This document shows positions 38,964 through 46,640 of a stretch of DNA of 64,000 bases, piece after piece (position 1 is the stretch's first letter; each line of letters starts with the position of its first letter). Position numbers and translations under genes: made by a program. The stretch is from a virus, in IMG/VR virus record IMGVR_UViG_3300046820_000975, positions 1 through 64,000 of that record. One strand, written 5' to 3'. The notes under the pieces are model-generated. The model saw only the letters and a list, made by a program, of their open reading frames with translations, did no database searches and had not been told where the DNA came from.

Positions 38964-39377
38964 TTATAGTTTCGCAAACAAGTCTCTCATTTCTTGTGGA
39001 GTACTGTCTTTGAAGCGTCTGTTTGCTAATACAGCAAGTTTAAAAGACTGGCTTTGCAATTTGAATTTGAGACTGATAATCTCTGTTTCCAAACTTTTAA
39101 CCTTGTCTTTGTACTGTTGTTCTACAGTACCTGTGTATCTGTTAAGCATACGTTCATCAGGTGTGCTGTCAACAATACAATCGTACAAGTCTGTCACAAG
39201 TATTGTGTAGTTACTTGGTGTAAAATTGTCTACAGGGATTTGTAGATACTTGGACACAGCAATGCTTTCGTAAGAACAGAATACGCTTACTTTAACTTTG
39301 ATTCTGCGTACATAACCGTTTTCAGTTTCAAGTTGATAGTCTGAACAGGTTGCGAGGGGGATGCGTTGTTTTTGCAT
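38964..39377 (-). CDS. Early hypothetical protein
   Basis: Preceded by the cassette motif at 39404. Confidence 0.65.
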   Translation of the reverse strand: MQKQRIPLATCSDYQLETENGYVRRIKVKVSVFCSYESIAVSKYLQIPVDNFTPSNYTILVTDLYDCIVDSTPDERMLNRYTGTVEQQYKDKVKSLETEIISLKFKLQSQSFKLAVLANRRFKDSTPQEMRDLFAKL

Positions 39378-39491
39378 AGGTATGAGTTTTAGTTAGATAG
39401 ATAGGGTGTTTGGAAATGAAATGAGAATGTATACAACAGCACTACCTATTAGAATAGTGCTGTATTGTACACAATGTTCCACGTGGAACAA

Positions 39492-40043
39492 TTAGTGGTT
39501 CTCAGGAACAGGTGGTAACTCAGATACCCAATTCAAATACTGACTGCCTTTAATCCATTCATTGTTTTCTTTTGCATTGCGTGTGTTAGACTCAATGTCT
39601 TTGAGTTTCTCACAAGTTGTAGTCATGTAAGACGGTACAAGTCTGTCTTCAAAGAAATCAGTTGGCGTTTCAGTTTCTGTTGCATAAGTATCGTCTGTGA
39701 AATACTTACGTGATGTCTTTACTGACATGTAACTGATGACAACCTTATTAGTAATAGGGTTGTAAGATTCAATGTTACCGTCAATCAAATGAGTTTCAAC
39801 GCGTTCATCTTTCTTACTACGATACATAGCAAATACAGTTTGATTGATAGGCATCTGGTTGATGCTTTCATCATTAATACAGAACAGCATATCAAGGAGC
39901 GTGTTTACTTGGTCATTGCTGAATTCTGAATTTAACGCTTCAATGATTACAGGCATGTTTCTTGCAAACAAAATTGAGTTGTTTGTAATAGCATTGTGAC
40001 CTGCCTTGATGATTAGTTCTTGTTGTTTTTTTGAGAGTTCCAT
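39492..40043 (-). CDS. Early hypothetical protein
   Basis: Preceded by the cassette motif at 40080. Confidence 0.65.
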   Translation of the reverse strand: MELSKKQQELIIKAGHNAITNNSILFARNMPVIIEALNSEFSNDQVNTLLDMLFCINDESINQMPINQTVFAMYRSKKDERVETHLIDGNIESYNPITNKVVISYMSVKTSRKYFTDDTYATETETPTDFFEDRLVPSYMTTTCEKLKDIESNTRNAKENNEWIKGSQYLNWVSELPPVPENH

Positions 40044-40102
40044 GATTAGTGGGGTTTATAGTTAATAATTAGTTTAAAAGGGTGTTTGGGTTATTAAACC
40101 CC

Positions 40103-40351
40103 CTATATCATTTCTGGTATAGGGAGTTTAACAAACATTTTCTTACCTGACGCGCTTACTTTAAACTTGCGAAAGGTGTTTACAAATACGCCAGTATTGT
40201 CTATGTGCGTAAATTGTTTCATAGCACGTAGATGGTTGATGGCACCTATTCTTGTAGGGAATGTTTTGGTGCTATCAATGGAGAAACTTATTTCTCCTAA
40301 CTCATTAAAGAACTGCGTAGTGTAGTTCAGTTGGAATAAAGTCTTTTGCAT
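40103..40351 (-). CDS. Early hypothetical protein
   Basis: Preceded by the cassette motif at 40375. Confidence 0.6.
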   Translation of the reverse strand: MQKTLFQLNYTTQFFNELGEISFSIDSTKTFPTRIGAINHLRAMKQFTHIDNTGVFVNTFRKFKVSASGKKMFVKLPIPEMI

Positions 40352-40394
40352 ATGGTTTATATTTAGTTATCAAAGGGTGTTTGGAAATGAATAG

Positions 40395-40869
40395 TCAATC
40401 GTTTTGATCACATGTGGCAGCAGGTGGTTTGGTACTGATGCGTGGTTTTGATATCGAGTTTTGATATCAGTGCACACGTTGAGTTAATCCATTCACTTCA
40501 CTGTTGGCTATGGTCTTACAACCAACAGTGATTTGAATTTCAAGCATTACTACAGCGCCTATCTGTAGTACAAGTTCCCAGCTGGACACTTATATCCCTT
40601 TCGGGGGACTGACCCTACACTGCTGTAAGGTGACTGTACTGTTGACTGCTCATCCTGACCAGGACTTCCTTGTAGTTTTTACATATTCACTCCCAACAGC
40701 GAGTAATATAACTCAACCTATAAAGGTTAAGAGAAGCAACAACACATCAAATGCTTATAATGTGTTATTGCTAAAAATAACTGTAACAGACACTTTCAGT
40801 CTGAAGCTCCCGCACTCTTTGTAGAGGTCTAGGGCGCATTTGCAATACCTTTACAGGATTACAGTTATG
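40395..40869 (-). ncRNA. Putative ~470 nt structured non-coding RNA
   Basis: Follows the cassette motif at 40881 but has no minus-strand ORF in the track; at least eight identifiable helices. Confidence 0.55.
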
Positions 40870-40909
40870 TTAGTTTATTTGGGTGTTTGGAAATGACTAG
40901 AAAAAAAGG

Positions 40910-40936
40910 TGAGCAGTTTATTCACGTGCTCAGGTG
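40910..40936 (-). other. Putative H-type RNA pseudoknot, copy A
   Basis: CAC-CTGAGCAC-GTG-AATAAAC-TGCTCA. Confidence 0.6.
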
Positions 40937-40942
40937 TAGCAG

Positions 40943-41299
40943 TTAACATTCAGGAGATTGATTCTCCAATGCGTTGAGTTCACACTCATTTTTTAAATCT
41001 TCCATGTGACTGTACCAAGGAACATATGTTATAACATTGCGAGGAATATCAATGAATCCTGTACCTGCTACCATGTGGTGTACTCTTTGGTCATCAAGGT
41101 TAATAATGACATCTCCTACACATGTGCTTCTTTTATCAAGGAGAGCATACTCTTCTGAGAAATCATTTTGTGCTAACTTAAATGCGTCTTCCAGCGAGTT
41201 AGCTTCAAGAGAATGTATAAGGTCATACTTATATACACCGCTTTTCATCTCATGGTTTATTGCACCAGTTGATGGGTGAAAAATAAGAAATGTTTTCAT
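40943..41299 (-). CDS. YodL-like domain protein, 118 aa; likely start MKTFLIF
   Basis: LEDAFKLAQN...RSTCVGDVI...VAGTGF resembles the YodL-type RSLSVGDVV motif. Confidence 0.5.
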   Translation of the reverse strand: MKTFLIFHPSTGAINHEMKSGVYKYDLIHSLEANSLEDAFKLAQNDFSEEYALLDKRSTCVGDVIINLDDQRVHHMVAGTGFIDIPRNVITYVPWYSHMEDLKNECELNALENQSPEC

Positions 41300-41337
41300 G
41301 TTACAATTGTTTTTGTTGGTTATTAAATGATTGAAAA

Positions 41338-41365
41338 TGAGCAGTTTAGTGTCATGCTCAGGACA
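41338..41365 (-). other. Putative H-type RNA pseudoknot, copy B
   Basis: TGTC-CTGAGCAT-GACA-CTAAAC-TGCTCA. Confidence 0.6.
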
Positions 41366-41370
41366 GTTCT

Positions 41371-41493
41371 TTAGTGTATTGGACCACAAGTTTGGTGGTA
41401 TACACGCCATTGCTTACAGTTGTGCGACTCAGTAGCACAAGAAGCGAACAATACTATGCTTAAAAGCACGATGATGTAGAAAGAGAATTTCAT
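41371..41493 (-). CDS. Small lipoprotein, 40 aa
   Basis: MKFSFYIIVLLSIVLFAS-C signal II/lipobox; cassette motif 30 nt upstream. Confidence 0.65.
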   Translation of the reverse strand: MKFSFYIIVLLSIVLFASCATESHNCKQWRVYHQTCGPIH

Positions 41494-41580
41494 GAGTGAA
41501 ATATTTATTTGGTTAGTTAATGAGGGTGTTGGGTGACCAAAGGCGTGCAATCTATACACGCCAAATGGTCAAACCAAAAA

Positions 41581-41787
41581 TTACATGTCTTGTAGTTCAT
41601 TGCCTGTTACAACAGTTAGGAACAACCACAAGAAGAAACCTATTACCCATACAGGTGCACATGTAGTGACATCCATAAAGGTAGCAGGTGTTAACACTGA
41701 AATCATTGTAGCAATTACTACAATAAAAGCGAAAGTCATAATTGCAGGTAGGAACAATCCTATTACAATCTTCATTAAGTTTTTCAT
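41581..41787 (-). CDS. Small two-TM membrane protein
   Basis: Two hydrophobic helices; cassette motif at 41815. Confidence 0.7.
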   Translation of the reverse strand: MKNLMKIVIGLFLPAIMTFAFIVVIATMISVLTPATFMDVTTCAPVWVIGFFLWLFLTVVTGNELQDM

Positions 41788-41859
41788 ATCGTTATTGGTT
41801 TTGTTAGTTAATGAGGGTGTTTGGTAAAAGAGCAGGAGTGTTAGTCCTGCTCTAATACA

Positions 41860-42120
41860 TTAGAACTTGTCAACAATCTTGTTAACTTTCTCTTTTCTGC
41901 TATAAAACTTGTAGTCTCTTGTAGCAATCTGTGCTACAAAGATGAACTGCACGCCAATAGTAAATGTAATCAACAACACTGCTATAACAGCAAGGCCATA
42001 CTGTGGTTCATCACCAGAGATAGCGTCAGCAAACATTTTACAAGATGGGTTCATAGTCATAAAAGCAAGAACAGCAATAGCTAGTAATCTAACTACTACA
42101 AAAAGGAAATTGTTTTTCAT
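41860..42120 (-). CDS. Small two-TM membrane protein
   Basis: Two hydrophobic helices; cassette motif at 42148. Confidence 0.7.
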   Translation of the reverse strand: MKNNFLFVVVRLLAIAVLAFMTMNPSCKMFADAISGDEPQYGLAVIAVLLITFTIGVQFIFVAQIATRDYKFYSRKEKVNKIVDKF

Positions 42121-42429
42121 AATAAAGTTGGTTTAATTAGTTAGTAAGGGTGTTTGGTACACTAATACATTGTACAAGCTCTGGCTGTGTGTAGTCTACA
42201 CATACAAGAGTGCTGTGCGGGTGGCTGCGTGCGTGGCGTGGGTGGGTGTGCTGTCCTCTGTGTGTGTTGTTGTTCTTCCTCAGAGAGATGTCAGTGTTTT
42301 ACCTAATACACAAGTGTGCTGTGGCAAAAGCATGGGGGTACCCATGGCGCTGCGTGAGGGCGGGGAGTTGTTGCATAGTAGGTACCCACACTTTCATCCT
42401 CATTGCAAATTGCACCCCTTAGTACCCAT

Positions 42430-42465
42430 AAAAAGAAACCCCCGCACTTATTAGGTGGGGGGTCT
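42430..42465 (-). terminator. Intrinsic terminator of the phoH operon
   Basis: Minus strand ACCCCCCACC-TAATAA-GTGCGGGGGT followed by TTCTTTTT. Confidence 0.65.
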
Positions 42466-42494
42466 GTCTATACTGACTAAGTATAGGGGGGATC

Positions 42495-42698
42495 TTAATT
42501 AGCGTTGGTAGCTAGGAGGATGTCTTTCTCCCTGGAGAGTTCTAGACCATAGTGGACGCTTTCGCTTGTTCCTATGGCGAGTTTATAGAGAAGGCCCCCT
42601 GCTGTTACAAGAATACCAGTAACAACAAGTATGTTTTGGTCTGGGTCTGTACGTAGGTAGACAATGTCCCCTAGTTCGTATTCGTTGTTTATGTGCAT
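42495..42698 (-). CDS. Small hypothetical protein
   Basis: YELGDIVYLRTDPDQ motif; likely start MHINNE. Confidence 0.6.
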   Translation of the reverse strand: MHINNEYELGDIVYLRTDPDQNILVVTGILVTAGGLLYKLAIGTSESVHYGLELSREKDILLATNAN

Positions 42699-42708
42699 AG
42701 TGGTGAAG

Positions 42709-43356
42709 TTATTTGTATTCGTGTTCAAGTATCTTACCTACCAAGTCAGAACGGTGGTTGTGTGCTAGTTTAATCCACTCAATACCATCAATCTTCTTTG
42801 ATAATTCTATAGCATAAGAGAGTCCGTTGAACTCATCTCTGATGTCTTTTTGTTCATTGTCCCCATTGATGACTATTTTACCTGTCTTACCCAATCGTGT
42901 AAGGATTGCTAGCATCTGTCCTTTTGTAAGGTTCTGTGCTTCCTCTACTATAAGGATATCTTCAATAGTCTTACCTCTGATGAACTGTACAGGTAATGCC
43001 TTTACTTTCTCAGACTTTATAATATCATCAATCTTCTCTTTTGTGTAGCATTTACCAAGGTTTTCCATGAATGCTTCTAAGTATGGATCAAACTTCTCTC
43101 CAAGACTACCTGGTAAAAACCCTAATGAGTTACCTACTTCAATGGTTGCGCGTGTTACAAACACATGGTCGCACTCCTCTTTAAATAAGAAGTCTAAAGC
43201 AGTTTGAGCTGATACAAGTGATTTTCCGCAACCAGCGCGACCAGTGATAATGACTATCTGGTTTTCCCTAATAAGTCTTTTTGCCTCCTTCTGCTCTTCA
43301 TTTAAAGTTACTTGATACTTGATTTCTTGCTTGCGGATACGTTTAGGCTCTTTCAT
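42709..43356 (-). CDS. phoH: PhoH-family ATPase; likely start MKEPKR
   Basis: GRAGCGKS, LGFLPGSL, FIRGKT, EEAQN, LTRLG, NGDNEQKD, HRSDLV. Confidence 0.92.
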   Translation of the reverse strand: MKEPKRIRKQEIKYQVTLNEEQKEAKRLIRENQIVIITGRAGCGKSLVSAQTALDFLFKEECDHVFVTRATIEVGNSLGFLPGSLGEKFDPYLEAFMENLGKCYTKEKIDDIIKSEKVKALPVQFIRGKTIEDILIVEEAQNLTKGQMLAILTRLGKTGKIVINGDNEQKDIRDEFNGLSYAIELSKKIDGIEWIKLAHNHRSDLVGKILEHEYK

Positions 43357-43432
43357 AATGTGGAGGTCTACACTTCTAAGATAGGGAAACATTTGAATAG
43401 TTGTATTCTTTTCAATTATTTATCTAAATAAA

Positions 43433-43464
43433 TTTGCAAAAGTTAAACTTGTGAAGTATATTTG
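43433..43464 (+). promoter_or_regulatory. Canonical Bacteroidota sigma70 promoter heading the plus-strand arm
   Basis: TTTG-N20-TATATTTG. Confidence 0.75.
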
Positions 43465-43503
43465 TAGTGTAACAACTTTTAAAGTTTAAAAATCAATACA
43501 ACA

Positions 43504-43767
43504 ATGTCAAACGAAAAAGACAAAAAGGAACTCCCTTCTCAAGAGCAAGTTATTTCTTGGTATAAGGAGCAAATTGAATTAGCAAAACTACGTGCTGAAT
43601 TGGCTCAGTTGCAGAAGGATGCAGCTGTTGCAGACGCTCAACGTTTACAAGCTGTGCGTGTTATTGCACAAATTCAATCAGAACAACCAGGCGCTGATGA
43701 GTCTGATGAAGATCAAGATGAAGCACCTAGTGAAGCTAAAACCGCAACCTTAACTAAAACAAAATAA
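43504..43767 (+). CDS. Coiled-coil hypothetical protein
   Basis: First ORF after the promoter. Confidence 0.65.
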   Translation: MSNEKDKKELPSQEQVISWYKEQIELAKLRAELAQLQKDAAVADAQRLQAVRVIAQIQSEQPGADESDEDQDEAPSEAKTATLTKTK

Positions 43768-43772
43768 ATCTC

Positions 43773-44063
43773 ATGAGTTTACCATTTAAAGCACTTAAAG
43801 GTCGCAGGATCCTAGTAGAAAAACCTGTACGTCCAGAATCAACGATTGAATTAACAGAAGATGTTAAACAACGTATGGAAATTGAAATGATGCGTCAATG
43901 GACAAAGCTTGAAGTTTTTGCTATTGGTGAAGACGTTGAGTCAATTGCTGTTGGAGATAAAGTATATCTTCCTTCTGGAGCTTTACAATCAGCTGAAGTA
44001 GTTGATGTTGAAGGTCAATTAAAATTGATGGTTAGCGAATTTGATGTCGCTATCATCTGGTAA
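43773..44063 (+). CDS. GroES-like co-chaperonin
   Basis: LKGRRILVE, VFAIGEDVESIAVGDKVY, VSEFDVAIIW; 96 aa. Confidence 0.7.
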   Translation: MSLPFKALKGRRILVEKPVRPESTIELTEDVKQRMEIEMMRQWTKLEVFAIGEDVESIAVGDKVYLPSGALQSAEVVDVEGQLKLMVSEFDVAIIW

Positions 44064-44069
44064 TACCAA

Positions 44070-44140
44070 AGCGGGATGGTGTAGTGGTAGCATGCAAGCC
44101 TCATAAGCTAGAGATCTAGGTTCAATTCCTAGTCCCGCAA
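44070..44140 (+). tRNA. tRNA-Met (anticodon CAT), atypical
   Basis: Cloverleaf with GCGGGA/TCCCGC acceptor, CTCATAA anticodon loop and CTAGG-TTCAATT-CCTAG T arm; no encoded CCA. Confidence 0.88.
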
Positions 44141-44226
44141 CTAAAAAACCTGCATGTTGTTTTTGGTGGAAACAACAACCAGTCTTGCGCTGGGCAGGTG
44201 AAAATAACTTAATAATGAAAACCAAC

Positions 44227-44622
44227 ATGCAAGTAAATCGCATACAAAAAAAGGTAAGGTTGAACGCACATGATTTAGTTAAATACCAAATCATGACTGA
44301 AGTAGTCTTTTTTGGAAAGGAACATTTGATTCCTTCTGACATGGAGTTACTTACCTTACTTGCTTTATGGGGTCCAGTTGAACTAGTATCGTTCTGTGCA
44401 ACTGCAGCAAAGCACTTATATCCAGATATAAAACCTGAAGAGATTGCTGTACGTTCTCAGAATGTACGCAACAGAATTGTAAAGCTAGAAAAACGTGGTC
44501 TAGTAGAGAAAAGCAAGAAAGGTAAAAAGATGATTCAGCTTGCTGAAAAGATCACTCTTGCATCAAAAGGTAATGTATTGTTGGATTATAATTTCTTAGC
44601 TCTTGAAACCAGTAAAGCGTAA
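44227..44622 (+). CDS. Putative winged-helix DNA-binding protein (start 44215 or 44227)
   Basis: SQNVRNRIVKLEKRGLVEK wHTH-like motif. Confidence 0.55.
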   Translation: MQVNRIQKKVRLNAHDLVKYQIMTEVVFFGKEHLIPSDMELLTLLALWGPVELVSFCATAAKHLYPDIKPEEIAVRSQNVRNRIVKLEKRGLVEKSKKGKKMIQLAEKITLASKGNVLLDYNFLALETSKA

Positions 44623-45001
44623 ACAGATAACTATAAAGACTGCAAATGAAATGGAACTGCCAGTAGAACTGGTGGACGATGTGGTCAAGTTCTTTTACAG
44701 TGAGTTGCATAAGTCATTGATATCCTGTGATGATATAGCAATTGAAGTACCTAAGTTGGGTACATTTGTTGTTAAGTCAAAGTCACTAGATCATTTGATA
44801 CAGCACACAGAAGCAAAGATACCTTATTTGAGAAATGTAGGAACTATGCGTGCTTATGAATCTTCATTGGAGAATGAACGTTACTTAGTTAAGTACAATG
44901 TTTTACGTGAAACATTGGATAGTGAGCGTAAACGCAAAGAAGAAATAAAACAAAAAAGGTGGAACCATGAAAATAAATCTGATACACATCTGGAAGAATA
45001 A
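44603..45001 (+). CDS. HU/IHF-like DNA-binding protein
   Basis: N-terminal helices then IEVPKLGTFVV (IxxxxFGxF-like). Confidence 0.6.
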   Translation: MKPVKRKQITIKTANEMELPVELVDDVVKFFYSELHKSLISCDDIAIEVPKLGTFVVKSKSLDHLIQHTEAKIPYLRNVGTMRAYESSLENERYLVKYNVLRETLDSERKRKEEIKQKRWNHENKSDTHLEE

Positions 45002-45275
45002 AGGTAAAATTGCAGAAGGCGTTGCAAATTCTATCTTTAAAAAAGAACACATTGAAGAAATTGCAAATGAGCGATTACAAACATGCATGTCTTGTGAGCA
45101 TATAGATAAGACAGGAAGCAAGTGTGCTGTTCCTGGAACACAACCTTGTTGTGCTTTATGCGGATGTTCACTAGCTTTTAAAACACGCTCGTTATCTTCA
45201 AAGTGTGATATTGACAACTGGTCAGCAGCTGTAACTCAAGAAGAGGAAGATTTAATAAAACAAAACTTAAAATAA
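44967..45275 (+). CDS. Cys-rich Zn-binding protein
   Basis: ERLQTCMSC, CCALCGC, KTRSLSSKC...W. Confidence 0.65.
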   Translation: MKINLIHIWKNKGKIAEGVANSIFKKEHIEEIANERLQTCMSCEHIDKTGSKCAVPGTQPCCALCGCSLAFKTRSLSSKCDIDNWSAAVTQEEEDLIKQNLK

Positions 45276-46120
45276 TGGCACTTGTATTTGAACCAACAAC
45301 GCACTCATATAAGTCCATTGACTCTACAGATTCAACTATTTGGACTAGCGTAACTACTTTACTTGGACATTTAAAGCAACCTTTTGACAGCAATGCTATT
45401 GCAAAAAAAAGTGCTGCAAGTAAAAAGAGTAAGTGGTATGGCATGTCACAAGAGAAAATCCAAGAAGCTTGGAAACGTGAATCTGACAGAGCATGTACGT
45501 TGGGTAACTGGTATCACGATCAACGTGAGCAGGATATTACATCTTGTGTTGTTATAAACAGACATGATGTTGAATTGCCTGTTATCAGACCAATGCATGA
45601 TGAAGCTGGTTTAAAAGTAGCGCCAAATCAAAAGTTAATAGAAGGAATCTATCCAGAACATATGGTGTACTTGCGTAGTGCAGGTATCTGTGGGCAGAGC
45701 GATCTGGTGGAAGTAGCAAATGGTTTAGTTCACATCACCGATTACAAAACCAACAAGGAGATTAAAACTGAATCATTTAAAAATTGGGAGGGTATATCAC
45801 AGAAAATGCTTCCACCAGTCTCCCACTTAGATGATTGTAACTTGAATCATTACAACTTACAATTGTCTATTTACATGTTTATGATTCTTAAACACAATCC
45901 TACTCTTAAACCTGGTGATTTAATTATTCACCATATCTTATTTGAAGAAGAAGAAGAGAAAGATGAGTTTGGGTATCCTATTAGTAAGTTAGATGAACAA
46001 GGTAGTCCAATTGTAAAAGATATTGTACAGTACAAACTACCATATCTTAAAGATGAAGTATTAAGTATACTTACTTGGTATAAAGATAACGCAGCTAAAC
46101 TGCAGAAAAAGAAAAAATAA
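45275..46120 (+). CDS. PD-(D/E)xK nuclease
   Basis: SVTTLL, GNWYH, GQSDLV, ITDYKTN, YNLQLSIY. Confidence 0.8.
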   Translation: MALVFEPTTHSYKSIDSTDSTIWTSVTTLLGHLKQPFDSNAIAKKSAASKKSKWYGMSQEKIQEAWKRESDRACTLGNWYHDQREQDITSCVVINRHDVELPVIRPMHDEAGLKVAPNQKLIEGIYPEHMVYLRSAGICGQSDLVEVANGLVHITDYKTNKEIKTESFKNWEGISQKMLPPVSHLDDCNLNHYNLQLSIYMFMILKHNPTLKPGDLIIHHILFEEEEEKDEFGYPISKLDEQGSPIVKDIVQYKLPYLKDEVLSILTWYKDNAAKLQKKKK

Positions 46121-46635
46121 TGGTTAAGCTATTTGATATACATAATGGTAAGATAGTTCCTTCAGAACATTGCTATACATTAAAAGCATTGAAAGATATC
46201 ATGGAAGTATATCCAGAAGATTACGTGAATGTGTATGCTTATTTGTTTTACATGTCCTGTCCAAATCCTGATTTAAATCCATTCTTTGATGTGCAAGAAA
46301 ATGACAAAGAAGAATTAATCCTTACACAACTTAAAGTCACATTTTCAACTGAAGATGAACATATAGTTATTGCATTAGAATTGTGCAAGAAGTTATATGA
46401 AACTCCAACATACAGAGCGTACATGGGTCTTAAGTCAATGCTTGACAGACTTGCTCGTTATATGGAAACAACACAGATTGAGCATGGACGCGATGGAAAT
46501 ATCAACTCATTAGTTAATGCAGCTGCAAAATTTGAAGCTATACGTATGAGTTTTAAAGGAGCGTACAAAGACTTGATGGAAGAACAGAAGAGTCAAGTAC
46601 GTGGAGGACAACACTTATCTTACGATCAAATGTAA
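46120..46635 (+). CDS. Conserved protein upstream of TerL (small terminase candidate)
   Basis: Position, size and C-terminal SQVRGG motif; function is inferred. Confidence 0.4.
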   Translation: MVKLFDIHNGKIVPSEHCYTLKALKDIMEVYPEDYVNVYAYLFYMSCPNPDLNPFFDVQENDKEELILTQLKVTFSTEDEHIVIALELCKKLYETPTYRAYMGLKSMLDRLARYMETTQIEHGRDGNINSLVNAAAKFEAIRMSFKGAYKDLMEEQKSQVRGGQHLSYDQM

Positions 46636-46640
46636 ATACA

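Larger units (their letters stand above)
38109..42157 (-). repeat. Nine dispersed copies of CCAAACACCC-N7-CTAA upstream of early-region payloads
   Basis: Plus-strand GGGTGTTTGG at 38120, 38905, 39404, 40080, 40375, 40881, 41524 (GGGTGTTGGG), 41815 and 42148, each with TTAG 7 nt to the left (8 nt at 40375). Confidence 0.9.

Noticed and set aside
40650-40760. Hydrophobic minus-strand frame (AFDVLLLLLTFIG*VILLAVG) suggesting TGA readthrough or a pseudogene
   Set aside because: It has an upstream TAA, an internal TGA and no ATG, and it overlaps strong helices. A decayed membrane gene cannot be fully excluded.
40395-41365. Assignment of early-region RNAs to hammerhead, twister, RNase P or c-di-GMP riboswitch
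   Set aside because: Only fragmentary resemblance (CTGA, GGAAGTCC, GAAA); the complete conserved cores were not found by eye.
38109-42157. CRISPR or mini-CRISPR array interpretation of the GGGTGTTTGG repeats
   Set aside because: The repeat core is only 10-16 nt, spacing is 290-790 nt and irregular, the intervals are genes, and no cas genes are present.
42170-42454. Plus-strand ORFs 42170..42454 and 42210..42422
   Set aside because: V/C/G/W-rich translations of G/T-skewed DNA with atypical codon usage; treated as non-coding.
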